Below, in pieces: positions 18,176 to 28,844 of a stretch of DNA of 54,173 bases. Under the pieces are notes generated by a model. That model searched no databases. It saw only the letters and a program-made list of their open reading frames with translations, and was not told where the DNA came from. Made by a program: the position numbers and the translations under genes. Source of the DNA: a virus (lineage: Duplodnaviria > Caudoviricetes); IMG/VR virus record IMGVR_UViG_3300013101_000011, positions 1 to 54,173 of that record; one strand, 5' to 3'. The number at the start of each line of letters is the position of its first letter. The stretch's first letter is position 1.

Positions 18176-18480
18176 TAGTCTTCTCCAGTATCAAAAAGGA
18201 TTTTTGAAATCTCTCGCCGTTCGTCAGCAAGTTCGATAATTCTGTAGTTAAGGTTTACAATTTGCTCCCTTAGGTTCTTTTCAAATCTCAAAACCCACTT
18301 AGTGGCGGCGCCGGAGTCCATTTCCATACCAGTAAAGTTCTTCCATGCTACTGAATAGCCGCCCTTAACCAAATACCAACGTCCAAGACTTTCTACGAGG
18401 TAAACTTGGTACGTGTCTAGTTCTTGGTGAACTGTGCACCAGGGCGAAACACCCTCCATAATAAATTTTTCGTATTTCAT
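18175..18480 (-). CDS. Hypothetical protein
   Basis: Coupled ORF. Confidence 0.55.
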   Translation of the reverse strand: MKYEKFIMEGVSPWCTVHQELDTYQVYLVESLGRWYLVKGGYSVAWKNFTGMEMDSGAATKWVLRFEKNLREQIVNLNYRIIELADERREISKILFDTGED

Positions 18481-18749
18481 TTTATTCCCTCGCGCTCTCT
18501 GCGGATGTTAACAAGGTTCCAGAACTTAGTTGCATCGCCCTTAGATTTGATATGCAGGTCGGTTAAAACTTTCGCACCGTCTACAGTCTGCGACCAGGTT
18601 GCGCCGGGCAACACATTGCAGGAACCATCTGTGACAACAAATCCTTCTCTGACAATCTGCCCCTCGATGTGAAATCCATAACGCCCAAAATCCAATTTGG
18701 GTTTGATCGTAAAACCTCTGTATTTAGTATCCATTACTACCTCGGGCAT
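18477..18749 (-). CDS. Hypothetical protein
   Basis: Coupled ORF. Confidence 0.55.
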   Translation of the reverse strand: MPEVVMDTKYRGFTIKPKLDFGRYGFHIEGQIVREGFVVTDGSCNVLPGATWSQTVDGAKVLTDLHIKSKGDATKFWNLVNIRREREGIK

Positions 18750-19081
18750 TCATTGCATTGGTTTAAAGGGTTGCCATTGTCATCAAAGCAGACGCAAGCA
18801 TTCGGATCTAAGTCCAGGGGAGGATCAATGGCAGGATCGTTTTCCAGTGCTGTTGCATAATCTGCCAAGTTGGGTTCAATTTTATCGTTCACAAGCGGCC
18901 CTCCTATTAGGAACCATTTAACGGCTTCGTAGTCATCTTCAAAATTCATGCTAGTATGATCTCTGCACCAAGCACCGATTGCTTCGTACATTGGATCAAC
19001 AAGCTTTTTCCGTTTCCAATAAAGCTTGTGCGCGATCTTGCGGCGTTCACCGTATCGTTGCGCTGGACTAAGGTTACTCAC
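18737..19081 (-). CDS. Hypothetical protein
   Basis: Coupled ORF with C-terminal Cys cluster. Confidence 0.55.
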   Translation of the reverse strand: MSNLSPAQRYGERRKIAHKLYWKRKKLVDPMYEAIGAWCRDHTSMNFEDDYEAVKWFLIGGPLVNDKIEPNLADYATALENDPAIDPPLDLDPNACVCFDDNGNPLNQCNECPR

Positions 19082-19745
19082 AGTGCTCTAAATCCTTCGT
19101 AAATACGAAACCATTTTATAGCTTCTTCGTCGTCTGCGAACTTGATTTTCTTCCCGGCTGTTTTTTTGGCTAGTGCAACCATTTCTTCCCGGGGCTTGCC
19201 TCCACCGTCGACATATTTGTGTTTACCAAGTTTGTAAATAGGAGGCATGCAATCTGCGCAATGTGCCCGGCCGCCCCAGACATGTTCTGCCTTTTCGGCA
19301 CAGCCGATGCATTCGCATTTCATGTTAACTTCGACTCCGTTTAGATAAACTGGCATGTAAAAATTCTCCTTCTTTACCGTTAACTTCAATATACACATTA
19401 TAGACTATTTCTTGGAGCTTGTCAATCTGTTTTTGCATGTGGCGAAATCTGGATGCAACCCATTCCGGCTCGTTTTCGATCATTTGCTCCAATGTGCAGG
19501 GCTTCTCGTCTTGATCGAAATACTGCATTTCCAGGTACTTGTCCATTAGTAACAAATGTCGAGTGTAATGTGTTCAGATCCCGGTGGCATGTTCCAGTCT
19601 TCCGGATAAAGGTCATCCTCTTCAACTACCTCATGGTGAATCCCTTCTACCCCAGACATGGTGCCGTCTACGTTTACAAGCAATTCAACCTCGCCATGTC
19701 CTTGTTCAAGAAGTTCGTCGATTTTTACTTTTGCTTCATTTACAT

Positions 19746-20372
19746 TCATTCTCCTGTTACCTCTACGTTTAAAATTGCTGTTGGGCTGATTGTTACGTAT
19801 GCACGAAGTTGATCATCGTAGGGCTCGCAATTGAACAATACGGTTACAGAGCCATCCGCGTTTTCGCCACCATCAAAATCTACGTCAAGATCCCAATTGC
19901 CGATTTCCATTGCAGGCTTCATATCTTCTGGAGGCTCGAACTCGTTACTTACCTTGTCTTCGTGCGCTGTTACGTATGCGACAATACTTGCTTTCGCTTC
20001 ATCTTCTGTCACCTCGTCTTCTTCATCTGGATTCGCGCACAAGTGTTCAATTAACTCGGCAGCAAATACTTCCCACACATTGAGGGTTCCATTTTGGATA
20101 CCCTCAAACTGTTCTTGTTGATTTGGGGTTAATTCGAAATGTGTCTCATCATCAAAGAGACGTTCGGAACCGGCCCGCAAAGTATGCATAAAGGTTCCCT
20201 CTACCCACGTCAAATCAATTACATGATAGACAGGATCTACATTAGGATCGTAAACGTAATTGTCCCAAATATCAAACTGTTCGGCCAATTTTGTATACCA
20301 CTTTGTGAAGGTGCCCCGACCTTCGATATTTGCGATCAACTCTTCTTGAAATATGCTTAATTTAATATTCAT
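19746..20372 (-). CDS. Hypothetical acidic protein
   Basis: Start reassigned to MNIKL, giving an ATGA overlap. Confidence 0.6.
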   Translation of the reverse strand: MNIKLSIFQEELIANIEGRGTFTKWYTKLAEQFDIWDNYVYDPNVDPVYHVIDLTWVEGTFMHTLRAGSERLFDDETHFELTPNQQEQFEGIQNGTLNVWEVFAAELIEHLCANPDEEDEVTEDEAKASIVAYVTAHEDKVSNEFEPPEDMKPAMEIGNWDLDVDFDGGENADGSVTVLFNCEPYDDQLRAYVTISPTAILNVEVTGE

Positions 20373-20623
20373 TCTCTCTCTCTGGTTACAATCTCCGCCG
20401 GAATCCAATCCGGCAAGGTATCTGGTTTATAATAGCGAACCATTGCAAGCTTGAAAGCATCAATCCTGTTTCCGGCATGCTTAGTAATCAAGCCTTGTGT
20501 TTCGCTAAAAGGAGTTGTAACAATATCATCGCAGTGCAAAAAGGTTTCTACATCTGTTACCAGATGCCCCCAATGATTGCCGTCTGCTGCAATAAATACA
20601 TCTCCTACTTTGATGTCATACAT
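20369..20623 (-). CDS. Hypothetical protein
   Basis: Start reassigned to MYDIK, downstream of the tRNA-like element. Confidence 0.55.
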   Translation of the reverse strand: MYDIKVGDVFIAADGNHWGHLVTDVETFLHCDDIVTTPFSETQGLITKHAGNRIDAFKLAMVRYYKPDTLPDWIPAEIVTRERE

Positions 20624-20640
20624 TCTCTTTCTCTGTTGTT

Positions 20641-20718
20641 TGGCGGACCGGGCGGGAATCGAACCCCCCTCTAAGTTATGGCAGTAAGCTGTTCTCGGGT
20701 AGCCGTTGTATCCGGTGT
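20641..20718 (-). pseudogene. Degenerate tRNA-like element with an Asp-like 3' half
   Basis: GGGGGTTCGATTCCCGCCCGGTCCGCCA 3' end; the 5' half pairs only partly. Confidence 0.45.
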
Positions 20719-20803
20719 GACTACACTGCAACTCATTATCCTAACAGTATCAACATAAATGTATCAACTGCAAGGAGTGCTCCTGGATAGTATAGGAAAT
20801 CAT

Positions 20804-21190
20804 TTACGACATTTGATAACCGTTTTCACGTAGCAGGTCCATAAGTAGGTACTTCTTATAAGCGGCCTTGACCCTAGGATCCTTTTTCAAGGTATCCCAA
20901 TTTGAATCAAGCATTAAATCGCTCATAGTCATTTTTCTTAGAAAGTATTTCGCACGTTCTTTTTTCACTACGTTGCGTCTTTCCGCTTTTTGCAATCCGA
21001 TAATTGCATTGTTAGCGTCTTTCAATCCAAAGAACGCAATTCCTTCTTCCTGCGGAACTTTATCGGGACGCAGGCTGGATAGGGAAGTTCTGAGAATACC
21101 TCCGGAGAAGTTCTTCTTGTTAATTCCAGTTTCCGGACCATCACCGATCTGTGCGATAATTTTGTAAGGAGTGTTTTCTGGCTTAGCCAT
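20804..21190 (-). CDS. Hypothetical protein
   Basis: 128-aa coupled ORF. Confidence 0.6.
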   Translation of the reverse strand: MAKPENTPYKIIAQIGDGPETGINKKNFSGGILRTSLSSLRPDKVPQEEGIAFFGLKDANNAIIGLQKAERRNVVKKERAKYFLRKMTMSDLMLDSNWDTLKKDPRVKAAYKKYLLMDLLRENGYQMS

Positions 21191-21747
21191 TATGTATTCC
21201 TCAGGTTAGTTTTAGTCATCTTCATTAATTTGTTAAAATTAAATGCATCTGCAACTTGGTCGGCAAGGCTTGCTGTGCAAGTGTCGACAAACAAGATTCC
21301 GCGCAATGCGATTTTGTATTGGCCGAAGTCGGATCCTTCTACGTACCTGGCATAATCGGCGACCAACAGCCCGGCCAGTTCTCGCTTGCTTGGTAAATCT
21401 TCTTCGGGTTTAACAGCCTCAGTTACCGAGATTTTGACAATTATAAAATGCGTAGACCTTTCCAACTCGGCCTTAAGGTATTCAGTGTAGGCCGGTTCGT
21501 AGGCGTTATGGTCAATGTGGTTGCGAGCTCTCGCATCCTCGTTCTCCAGGATCCGCAAATTGATCTTGTCCTGATAACGTTGCAGTTTCGTTGCCGCGCC
21601 TTCGAAGCTGGAGGCCATTCCGGATGCCTTCGGAACAGTAGTATGGCGCAGTTCTGTCCAGTTGACAACATAAACAAATTTTTCGTCGGCTACGTCATAT
21701 AATGCGTAAACCGTTTCGCCCATTTCCAACTTAATTGCCTTTGCCAT
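21190..21747 (-). CDS. Hypothetical early protein
   Basis: Start reassigned to MAKAI after the early promoter and AAGGAA SD. Confidence 0.6.
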   Translation of the reverse strand: MAKAIKLEMGETVYALYDVADEKFVYVVNWTELRHTTVPKASGMASSFEGAATKLQRYQDKINLRILENEDARARNHIDHNAYEPAYTEYLKAELERSTHFIIVKISVTEAVKPEEDLPSKRELAGLLVADYARYVEGSDFGQYKIALRGILFVDTCTASLADQVADAFNFNKLMKMTKTNLRNT

Positions 21748-21767
21748 CTGTTGGTTCCTTAATGTTT

Positions 21768-21809
21768 TAATACGTGTATTATACATCCTATGCAAAGCCT
21801 TTGCAAACC
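21768..21809 (-). promoter_or_regulatory. Phage early promoter
   Basis: GGTTTGCAAA...TGTATAATACACGTATTA. Confidence 0.7.
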
Positions 21810-21817
21810 ATTTGTCC

Positions 21818-21845
21818 AAAAAAATAGGCCCCCGAAGGAGCCTAT
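21818..21845 (-). terminator. Intrinsic terminator
   Basis: ATAGGC...CCTTCGGG...GCCTAT followed by a T-run. Confidence 0.7.
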
Positions 21846-21869
21846 AAACCGGAGAATGCCAATGCCCGT

Positions 21870-22178
21870 TTATCTGTTAGCCCAATAGTCGTCGGGCCAT
21901 CCATCCGTTGGATCTGTTGTTTGGTCATGGAATGCTTTCTGCACGTCGATGTCTGCATCGCACAAGTGCCTCCATTCAGTCACTGTATAACTTTCGAGTT
22001 TTGTGTCCCATTCAATTGTCCCGTTCTCATTAATCTCGCCAGGATCACGGGCAGGACCTTCTGCGTCAAACTTTGTAATGGTGCCATCGCTTTGGTGGCC
22101 TGACAGACGCTCGCGGATCAACTCTACGCGAGCCTCATCGTTTATCACTTTTGTCCTTTTAAAGTTCCACCAAGCCAT
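21870..22178 (-). CDS. Hypothetical protein
   Basis: 102-aa ORF. Confidence 0.55.
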   Translation of the reverse strand: MAWWNFKRTKVINDEARVELIRERLSGHQSDGTITKFDAEGPARDPGEINENGTIEWDTKLESYTVTEWRHLCDADIDVQKAFHDQTTDPTDGWPDDYWANR

Positions 22179-22445
22179 TATATTGCATTATTCCATTCTT
22201 CAATGAATTCGTTAAGGTTAGAAGATATGACCACCTCGCAACCAGTAAGAGCATGTTCACTGCCAGCTGCATCTGCAATGCGAACAACTTCTTCGTAAAG
22301 CGACTCGTTCATTACACCTGCAACTTTAATTGTATTCTTAAGGCATCGTGCTTTCAACATAGTGTTGTTCCATATCTTTATTTAATATAACGTATTTTAC
22401 AGGAAAAAAGGTTCTGGACAACCTGATTTGTGACAGTTCTTAACC

Positions 22446-22470
22446 AAAAAAGGGGCCCGGAGGCCCCTTT
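22446..22470 (-). terminator. Intrinsic terminator
   Basis: AAAGGGGCC-TCCG-GGCCCCTTTTTT. Confidence 0.75.
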
Positions 22471-22490
22471 AATAAAACCCTGTACTAGGA

Positions 22491-23018
22491 TTAGTGCAAC
22501 TTCTTAACTGGCCTTGTTACGTCATTTGCATGACCTTGGTGCCTAACCATCCAGTCCGCGCAGTAAGATGCCGCGAATGCTTCAGGCTTTGGCTTTGCAG
22601 TTAGACCAGTCATACCAATAACATAACCACATGCTTGGTTAATGACGATGCTAGAGTTGTGCTCCTTGTCTGGGTTAATGTCCAAGTGGATTTCAACTTC
22701 GAAGTCCTCTAGTTCATTAGCCATGGCATGGTAGCATTCACATACCTTGTATGCTTCGTTCATCAAACGCATACGAGGCTTCGCCTTGTCTGGGTCGTAA
22801 TCGATTTCACGTTCAGTGTAACCGAACACCTTACAGCCTTTGCTAGACTCAATGTGAACTACCAAAACAGTAGTGTACCTTGCGTACCAAGTCTTACCTT
22901 TCTTGTATTTAATAGAGTCACAGCCCAGGTAAACTTTTGATGTCGCAGGAGTATTCGCCAAGTATTCTTTGACTTCTTCGATCTGATCTTGTGTAAACAT
23001 TTTCTTTTCTCCTTTCAA
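22491..23018 (-). CDS. RNase H-like YkuK (DUF458) family protein
   Basis: VYLGCDS, RLMNE, EIHLDIN, KP.AFAAS.CAD motifs. Confidence 0.75.
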   Translation of the reverse strand: MKGEKKMFTQDQIEEVKEYLANTPATSKVYLGCDSIKYKKGKTWYARYTTVLVVHIESSKGCKVFGYTEREIDYDPDKAKPRMRLMNEAYKVCECYHAMANELEDFEVEIHLDINPDKEHNSSIVINQACGYVIGMTGLTAKPKPEAFAASYCADWMVRHQGHANDVTRPVKKLH

Positions 23019-23075
23019 TAGTGTGCTGTAACCACTTTGTATCTCAAAGTAATTGCGGTATGAATTATTAGGGAT

Positions 23076-23393
23076 CTAAATACTAAATGATTCGCCGCAA
23101 CCACATGAGGTCGCTTGCGGGTTTTTAAATTCCATTCCAGAATTAAAACCGTTAGTGACGAAATCAACTTCGAGTCCGTCGAGTAATAATAGTGATTTGG
23201 GGTCGACTACGATTGTTACTTCATTTTGAATAAATTCTACATCGTCAGGATTTTTTGTATCTGCAAATTCAACAACATAAGAATATCCGCCACACCCTGC
23301 GCCTGTAACACCGAACCGAATTCCAAGTCCTTTCCCGCGCTGGGTTATTTGTGATAGTATATGCTCTTCTGCTTTCTCTGTCAATGTAATCAT
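23076..23393 (-). CDS. iscA: A-type Fe-S cluster carrier protein (IscA/HesB)
   Basis: MITLTEKA...GCGGYSY...NP..CGCGESF; start reassigned to 23393. Confidence 0.9.
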   Translation of the reverse strand: MITLTEKAEEHILSQITQRGKGLGIRFGVTGAGCGGYSYVVEFADTKNPDDVEFIQNEVTIVVDPKSLLLLDGLEVDFVTNGFNSGMEFKNPQATSCGCGESFSI

Positions 23394-23421
23394 AATATTA
23401 TTTATGATAAATATTGTAGCA

Positions 23422-24150
23422 ATGAAGATTAAAAACCTAACCGAAAAACTAACTCGTGTCAATGCTGATGTTGATATGATCTACAATCGTTGGTTTAAAG
23501 ATTCTTTCGATCATTTTAGAAAAACTGGCGAAGCAGATTTAAGTTTGTTTGGCAAGGGTGTGATGTCAACAGACAATTTAAAATCTGTCGTTGCAAAAAA
23601 AGCAGATGCTATACGATCTGCAACAATTCAAGCTAACACGAGAAATAAATCAGGGAACTCTTACGAACCTTTTTCTAGCGTTATAACACTGTCTTATCAT
23701 GTTGAAGCTTGGGAACTAGTTCAGACCAATGGCTGGGAGAAAGCATTAGGTATGGTTCCTGATCACCAGCTGGGTAGCTTTAGGGCTGAGTTCAGGCCGG
23801 AAATTATTAAAGGATCTATACACCACGAACTAAATCATTGGATCGATGATGTATTGCATAATAGACATATTAATAAACACGTAAAAAAAGCTAGCGAGCA
23901 GGGAGTTAGTCCTCAAGATAATGAAGGTCCGATGGAACGGCATAGCCAAATTCATAACATCGTACAATTAAAAAGAGTACATAAAGATAAATGGGATTCG
24001 ATATCATTTAATGATATGATTAGGTTAAGTCCTAGCTTCATTGTTATCACACAAAACATGTCTCCTGCAGGATTTAAAATGTGGCGAAGACTTTTAATGC
24101 TTAGGATGCATCGTGAAGGCTTGCTTGGCAAAATGATGGCACGAACTTAA
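23422..24150 (+). CDS. Hypothetical protein with HExxH motif, possibly zincin-like
   Basis: IHHELNHW; GATAAATA just upstream on the + strand. Confidence 0.6.
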   Translation: MKIKNLTEKLTRVNADVDMIYNRWFKDSFDHFRKTGEADLSLFGKGVMSTDNLKSVVAKKADAIRSATIQANTRNKSGNSYEPFSSVITLSYHVEAWELVQTNGWEKALGMVPDHQLGSFRAEFRPEIIKGSIHHELNHWIDDVLHNRHINKHVKKASEQGVSPQDNEGPMERHSQIHNIVQLKRVHKDKWDSISFNDMIRLSPSFIVITQNMSPAGFKMWRRLLMLRMHREGLLGKMMART

Positions 24151-24153
24151 AAA

Positions 24154-25083
24154 TTATCTATCTTTTATCCGGCCATGATATCTTGTTCCTTGTTTATCCA
24201 AACAGCTATGATCGATATAACCTCCATTGCGACCGTACATGGAAGCTCCTGCAGGATCTCTATTAAGTTGTTTCGGATTAAAAATTAAAGGCGAAAGAGA
24301 AAGTGATTCAATCCCAAGCTTAATAATTAATTTATGCATGAGTAGTCCGGGCTTTCTAAAATTAATCTTGTTCCAATGTCCAAGCAAGGTATGATAATGA
24401 TTTATCTCACTTAACGCATTTTGATAAAAATCTTTTTTAATAATTTCAACAGCTGATCGATTTAAGATGTATGCGTGAGACGGCATAAAAGTCGAACACG
24501 GATAGTATGGTTCCTATGGAGAGAATCCAAGCCCAAAGTCAGCTAAGAAAGGAATTTTGTGATCAGTATTATCTCTATCAAATATTTTTCGGTTCTTTGC
24601 GCTCAGTTCGTTCATCACTCCGGCCGTGTCTATGTTGAGATGGAATAAAGTGTCGGTTTGTCGCAAGCATATATAATCGTAATCTAAAATATCTGGATGG
24701 CTTAGTAAATGATCTATGTGCCACCAGCTAGCTAACACCTTCGCCATGCCACAATAAGGATTTCTCCAGTCGTCGTCGATCAGTTTCTCAAATTCATCTG
24801 CAGACGGATATTTTAATGAGTTTGTCAAAAGGTCAGTTAAGCAAGGCGCAGCATAATAACAAGTCTTATGCAGCATTTCTCCATATGATAATTTAGTAAC
24901 AGGCAAATTAAGAACATTGTCAAAATCATCGTGGTACGGATTCATACCTGTAGTGTTATCCCATGTTACCATTTCCTGTCCGGTCACTAGCTGTGACAAA
25001 TCGTTTGGTAAGTCTAAACATGTCCGATCAGGATGTAGAAGGATACGTCGGACTTGTCCATAAAAGCAATTCTTCATTTTCAT
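24154..25083 (-). pseudogene. Third paralog of the tandem family, interrupted by an in-frame TAG at 24514-24516
   Basis: ORFs 24514-25083 and 24154-24486 are in the same frame and together align to the neighbouring paralogs. Confidence 0.7.
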
Positions 25084-25991
25084 TTCTTAATCCTGTCTAA
25101 CCGAGCATAGTCGTGTTGTAAGGCCGGCGTTCCCCTAACGTTAATTGGATCGTCTACAATTGCCTTCATCTTAATAATTTCTATATCGTGTTTGATCGCT
25201 ATCTTCAACATAATAACTCCGGGTAAACCCATTGTAAAATTATCCTGTCCTATTGTTTTATAATAGTGATCACATTCAATCAACGCCGATTTATAAAAAT
25301 CGTCTTTAAGTAATTCAACTGCGGCACGATTAAGTAAATAGGCATAGGACGGAATGTACGAGCTTGCCGCAACTGCTGATTGAGGTTTTTGCCCTATAGT
25401 CGTTCTATGTTCTCCACTCATTTCATACATTAACGGAATATGAGACTTTGGTTGTTTTTGATTAAATAATTGCTTCGTTGTGCTTGTAATTTTGTCTATT
25501 ATTATTTTTTTAGTAATATGAGGACGGATTAGTGTATCAAATTGTCGTAACAAAATGTAATCATAATCTAATATGTCAGGGCTAGATAGTAATTTACTTT
25601 TAAGCCACCACATCGATAATCTTTTACAGGCAGCCGTGTATTGATTTTTGAAATCTCGCCTAATTAATTTTTCGTAACGCAATGGATCAAATGGCCCTTC
25701 GGATAATTCAGTAACGCATATTCCTCCTAGGGCGTATGATTCAACTAGCATGTCTCCATAGGAAAATTTATTACATAATACCCCAGGCGAAAGTTGGGAC
25801 GGAAGATCGTGCAAAGGATTCATCCCTGTTGCATTATCCCACGTTGCAATTTCTTGTTTAAGAATCATGCATTCTAAATCGTTTGGTAGGTCTGTACAAA
25901 TAGCATCTTCGTATCCTTTATAATGAGTCTCGTTAAGGTGGAGAGGTCTTACCTGTCCATATAAGCAATCTTTTATTCGTATGTGTCTCAT
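25080..25991 (-). CDS. Tandem paralog, possibly glycosyltransferase-like
   Basis: Shared CLYGQVR, TWDNATGMNP, YDYxxLRQxDT motifs. Confidence 0.65.
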   Translation of the reverse strand: MRHIRIKDCLYGQVRPLHLNETHYKGYEDAICTDLPNDLECMILKQEIATWDNATGMNPLHDLPSQLSPGVLCNKFSYGDMLVESYALGGICVTELSEGPFDPLRYEKLIRRDFKNQYTAACKRLSMWWLKSKLLSSPDILDYDYILLRQFDTLIRPHITKKIIIDKITSTTKQLFNQKQPKSHIPLMYEMSGEHRTTIGQKPQSAVAASSYIPSYAYLLNRAAVELLKDDFYKSALIECDHYYKTIGQDNFTMGLPGVIMLKIAIKHDIEIIKMKAIVDDPINVRGTPALQHDYARLDRIKK

Positions 25992-26860
25992 ATTCCTGTT
26001 CTATCTAGACGGGCATAATCGTTTTCCGGATAGTTTACCATTTCTTTACTAGTCGTTCCGCGGGACTGAGTTGGCGCTTGTATCGGCCTGTTTAATGCAA
26101 TCACATCTATGTCCTTTTTAATTGCAATGCTTAACATAATACCCCCTGGAAATCCTAATGTAAAGTTTTCCGAACCTATACGTTCGAAATATTTATTAAC
26201 TTCAAACACTGCATGTTGATAAAACGTATCTTTAATTGTGGAAACGGCAGCTCGATTAAGTATAAAGGCATACGGCCAGGTCATCATTGAACTTGCATGC
26301 CATTTACCCATTCCATGAGACATATCATACATTATTGGAATGTCTGCAAGATGAGCGTCTGCTTTAAACACTTCTATATTCCGTTGTGTCATTTCACCTA
26401 ATAGGCATTCTTGGTCTACATGATTCTCAAATATTGTATCAATTTGCCGTAGCACAACATAATCATATTCTAATATGTCTGGTCGATTTAGTAAATAATT
26501 GCAAGTCCACCATTGAGCTAGTCGTTTGCAACTAGCAGAATATTCATTCCTGTAATCTCTCCTAATTAATTTTTCGTATTCGGCAGATGTAAGTTTATTG
26601 CGGGTCAATGACGTAATACAAACGAAACCCATGTCATATGTTTCGGCCAGCATTTCTCCATAGGATAATTTGGCAACAGTTATGGGGCCAGCATCAAAAT
26701 AGTTGTGTAACGGATTCATCCCTGTTGCATTGTCCCATGTTGCAATTTCTTGTTTAGTTATTAGTGACGCTAAGTCTCGCGGCAGATCGGTACATAATTG
26801 ATTTTCATATTTGCCACCAAGTTTTCGCACCTGGCCGAACAGGCAATCTTTAATTTTCAT
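25988..26860 (-). CDS. Tandem paralog, possibly glycosyltransferase-like
   Basis: Same motifs; start reassigned to MKIKDC. Confidence 0.65.
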   Translation of the reverse strand: MKIKDCLFGQVRKLGGKYENQLCTDLPRDLASLITKQEIATWDNATGMNPLHNYFDAGPITVAKLSYGEMLAETYDMGFVCITSLTRNKLTSAEYEKLIRRDYRNEYSASCKRLAQWWTCNYLLNRPDILEYDYVVLRQIDTIFENHVDQECLLGEMTQRNIEVFKADAHLADIPIMYDMSHGMGKWHASSMMTWPYAFILNRAAVSTIKDTFYQHAVFEVNKYFERIGSENFTLGFPGGIMLSIAIKKDIDVIALNRPIQAPTQSRGTTSKEMVNYPENDYARLDRTGI

Positions 26861-26887
26861 GCATGTATTTATTGTATAAATATTGGT

Positions 26888-27880
26888 ATGGAAAAAATCA
26901 AAAAGGCTGTAATTGAAGTTTGCGGGTCCTGCAATTACTCTTGTCAAATGTGTCCGCAATCTGCGACACTAGGTGGAAGAGAAAAGGAATTCAAAAAGAA
27001 TATGCCACTCGCTACATTCAAAACAATACTAGACGAATTAAAGGCCGACCATGACCTACAGGAAATTTATTTAGAAGGTTCCGGTGAGCCTACAATGAAT
27101 AAGAAGCTACCGGATTATATTGCGTACGGAACTGAGCTAGGATTTAAAATGTCTTTCATTACCAACGGCACCGGCTTTACTGGACAGAAAATGAAAGACA
27201 TAATTGATGCTGGAATGCATTATGCCCGCATCAGCGTTATTGGTAGCACTCCGGAATTATATGCAGAGTGGATGCCGAATGCAGCTGGCAAGGATGAAGA
27301 TACACTTGAGGATATAATTGCCAACACTAATGAAACACTTGAATATATTAAATCCTCGGGAAGCAATGCGATCTTAGGATCGTATCATTTAATAACCGAC
27401 AATATGTTAGAGAAGGAACAGGTCCAACAATATAAAATGCATTGGGTTGATAGAGTCCCGGGTATCGCAGCTAACATCTGGCGTATGCATAATTGGTCAG
27501 GACAGTTGACTGGTGTTACATGGAGAGAAGGACACAAAATGAGAAGTTGCGGCCGACCAAATAGTCCTGACATTGTTATTAGAGCAGGCGGCATAGATGG
27601 CAAACACGCTGCGGTAGTTCCATGCTGCATGGTACTAGGACGAGACAGCGAAGCGGTCATGGGTCACCTTAGTGAAGATACAATTGCAGAAGTTTACAAC
27701 GGCGATGCTTATAATCACCTTCGCAAAATGCACGACGAACATAGATTCGATGAAATTAGTTATTGCAAGGATTGTGATATGTTATACGATGCTCCGGAGG
27801 CATTGGTGTGGAGTAACGCGGGCGCTGATTACAATACACTAACTGGTGGAATATTTGATATGAAAGAGTATAGGAAATAA
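26888..27880 (+). CDS. Radical SAM protein with SPASM/twitch domain
   Basis: CNYSCQMC, GEP, C-terminal PCC...CKDC; TATAAATA at 26875-26882. Confidence 0.9.
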   Translation: MEKIKKAVIEVCGSCNYSCQMCPQSATLGGREKEFKKNMPLATFKTILDELKADHDLQEIYLEGSGEPTMNKKLPDYIAYGTELGFKMSFITNGTGFTGQKMKDIIDAGMHYARISVIGSTPELYAEWMPNAAGKDEDTLEDIIANTNETLEYIKSSGSNAILGSYHLITDNMLEKEQVQQYKMHWVDRVPGIAANIWRMHNWSGQLTGVTWREGHKMRSCGRPNSPDIVIRAGGIDGKHAAVVPCCMVLGRDSEAVMGHLSEDTIAEVYNGDAYNHLRKMHDEHRFDEISYCKDCDMLYDAPEALVWSNAGADYNTLTGGIFDMKEYRK

Positions 27881-27908
27881 TGCACAAGCAGAAAACAAAG
27901 GAACAAAG

Positions 27909-28187
27909 TTATTCATCGTCTAGTGTAAATTCAAGATCAATTACAACAGAATGACCTTTGTGATCAATTCCTTGCACGGTCCAAGTATCTTTGATTGTGT
28001 TGTGGTGAACTACTGCTGACAATGAATACAGGTTGCCGTCATCGTATTCCGCAACCATACTGCATTTATGATTATGTTCCTTTTCAAATCCATGAAGAAC
28101 AACCTCAGTCGCTGTCGGAGGATTCTTCGTCGGAGCTCTCCTCTTGTACCATGTCACTGCGTAATCTGGTCGTATCGTAAAGTTCAT
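27909..28187 (-). CDS. Hypothetical protein
   Basis: 92-aa ORF. Confidence 0.5.
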   Translation of the reverse strand: MNFTIRPDYAVTWYKRRAPTKNPPTATEVVLHGFEKEHNHKCSMVAEYDDGNLYSLSAVVHHNTIKDTWTVQGIDHKGHSVVIDLEFTLDDE

Positions 28188-28844
28188 TGTAGTCTAATTC
28201 TTTCCAAGTTTTATAAAATGTTTGGGGAATTGGTATAGTGTGGTATGTTCCCCACATTGTATCCAATCCGTGATGTTCTAATAACTGCCTCATTGCGCCC
28301 GAACTAGTAGTCCACGTCTTAGACCAGGTCTTACCGTTAGCTGTGGATTTATAAGTCTTCTTAAATCCTCCCTTCTTTGTTACTCCTCCCTTTTCAAATA
28401 CACCAATCCAACCGAGGGCAAATGTGCTATCTTGCCCTCGGTATAGGATCTGTGTTACAAAACGTCCTTCCTTAATTTTCATTTAGTATTGAATCGTAGT
28501 ACGAACCAAATTGCGTCAGACTCTTTTTCAAACCACCATCTAGTATTGGAATAATGGTAATAATATTTTCCAGCTGACTCTTGTTGGTTGCACCACTCTT
28601 TAGCCTGTTGCATTTCTTCACGCTGTGGAGCAGAAACAGCGCACCAATCTTCTCGGCGGTCCTGCTTCTCTTTATTCGACCACTTCATTGGCCAATGTTA
28701 GCTAGCGAAACTACCATGATGACTGCACCTACAGTAATCATCAATAATGCTGCCAATACCATTCCGAAACGATTTTCATATCTCTATTCCTATTGTTTAA
28801 AGTACAATTATATTAGGCGAGCGCCTAAAGGTACAACGATTTGG

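Noticed and set aside
20641-20760. tmRNA
   Set aside because: Only a tRNA-like 3' end is present; no GGGGC 5' end, tag reading frame or permuted partner was found.
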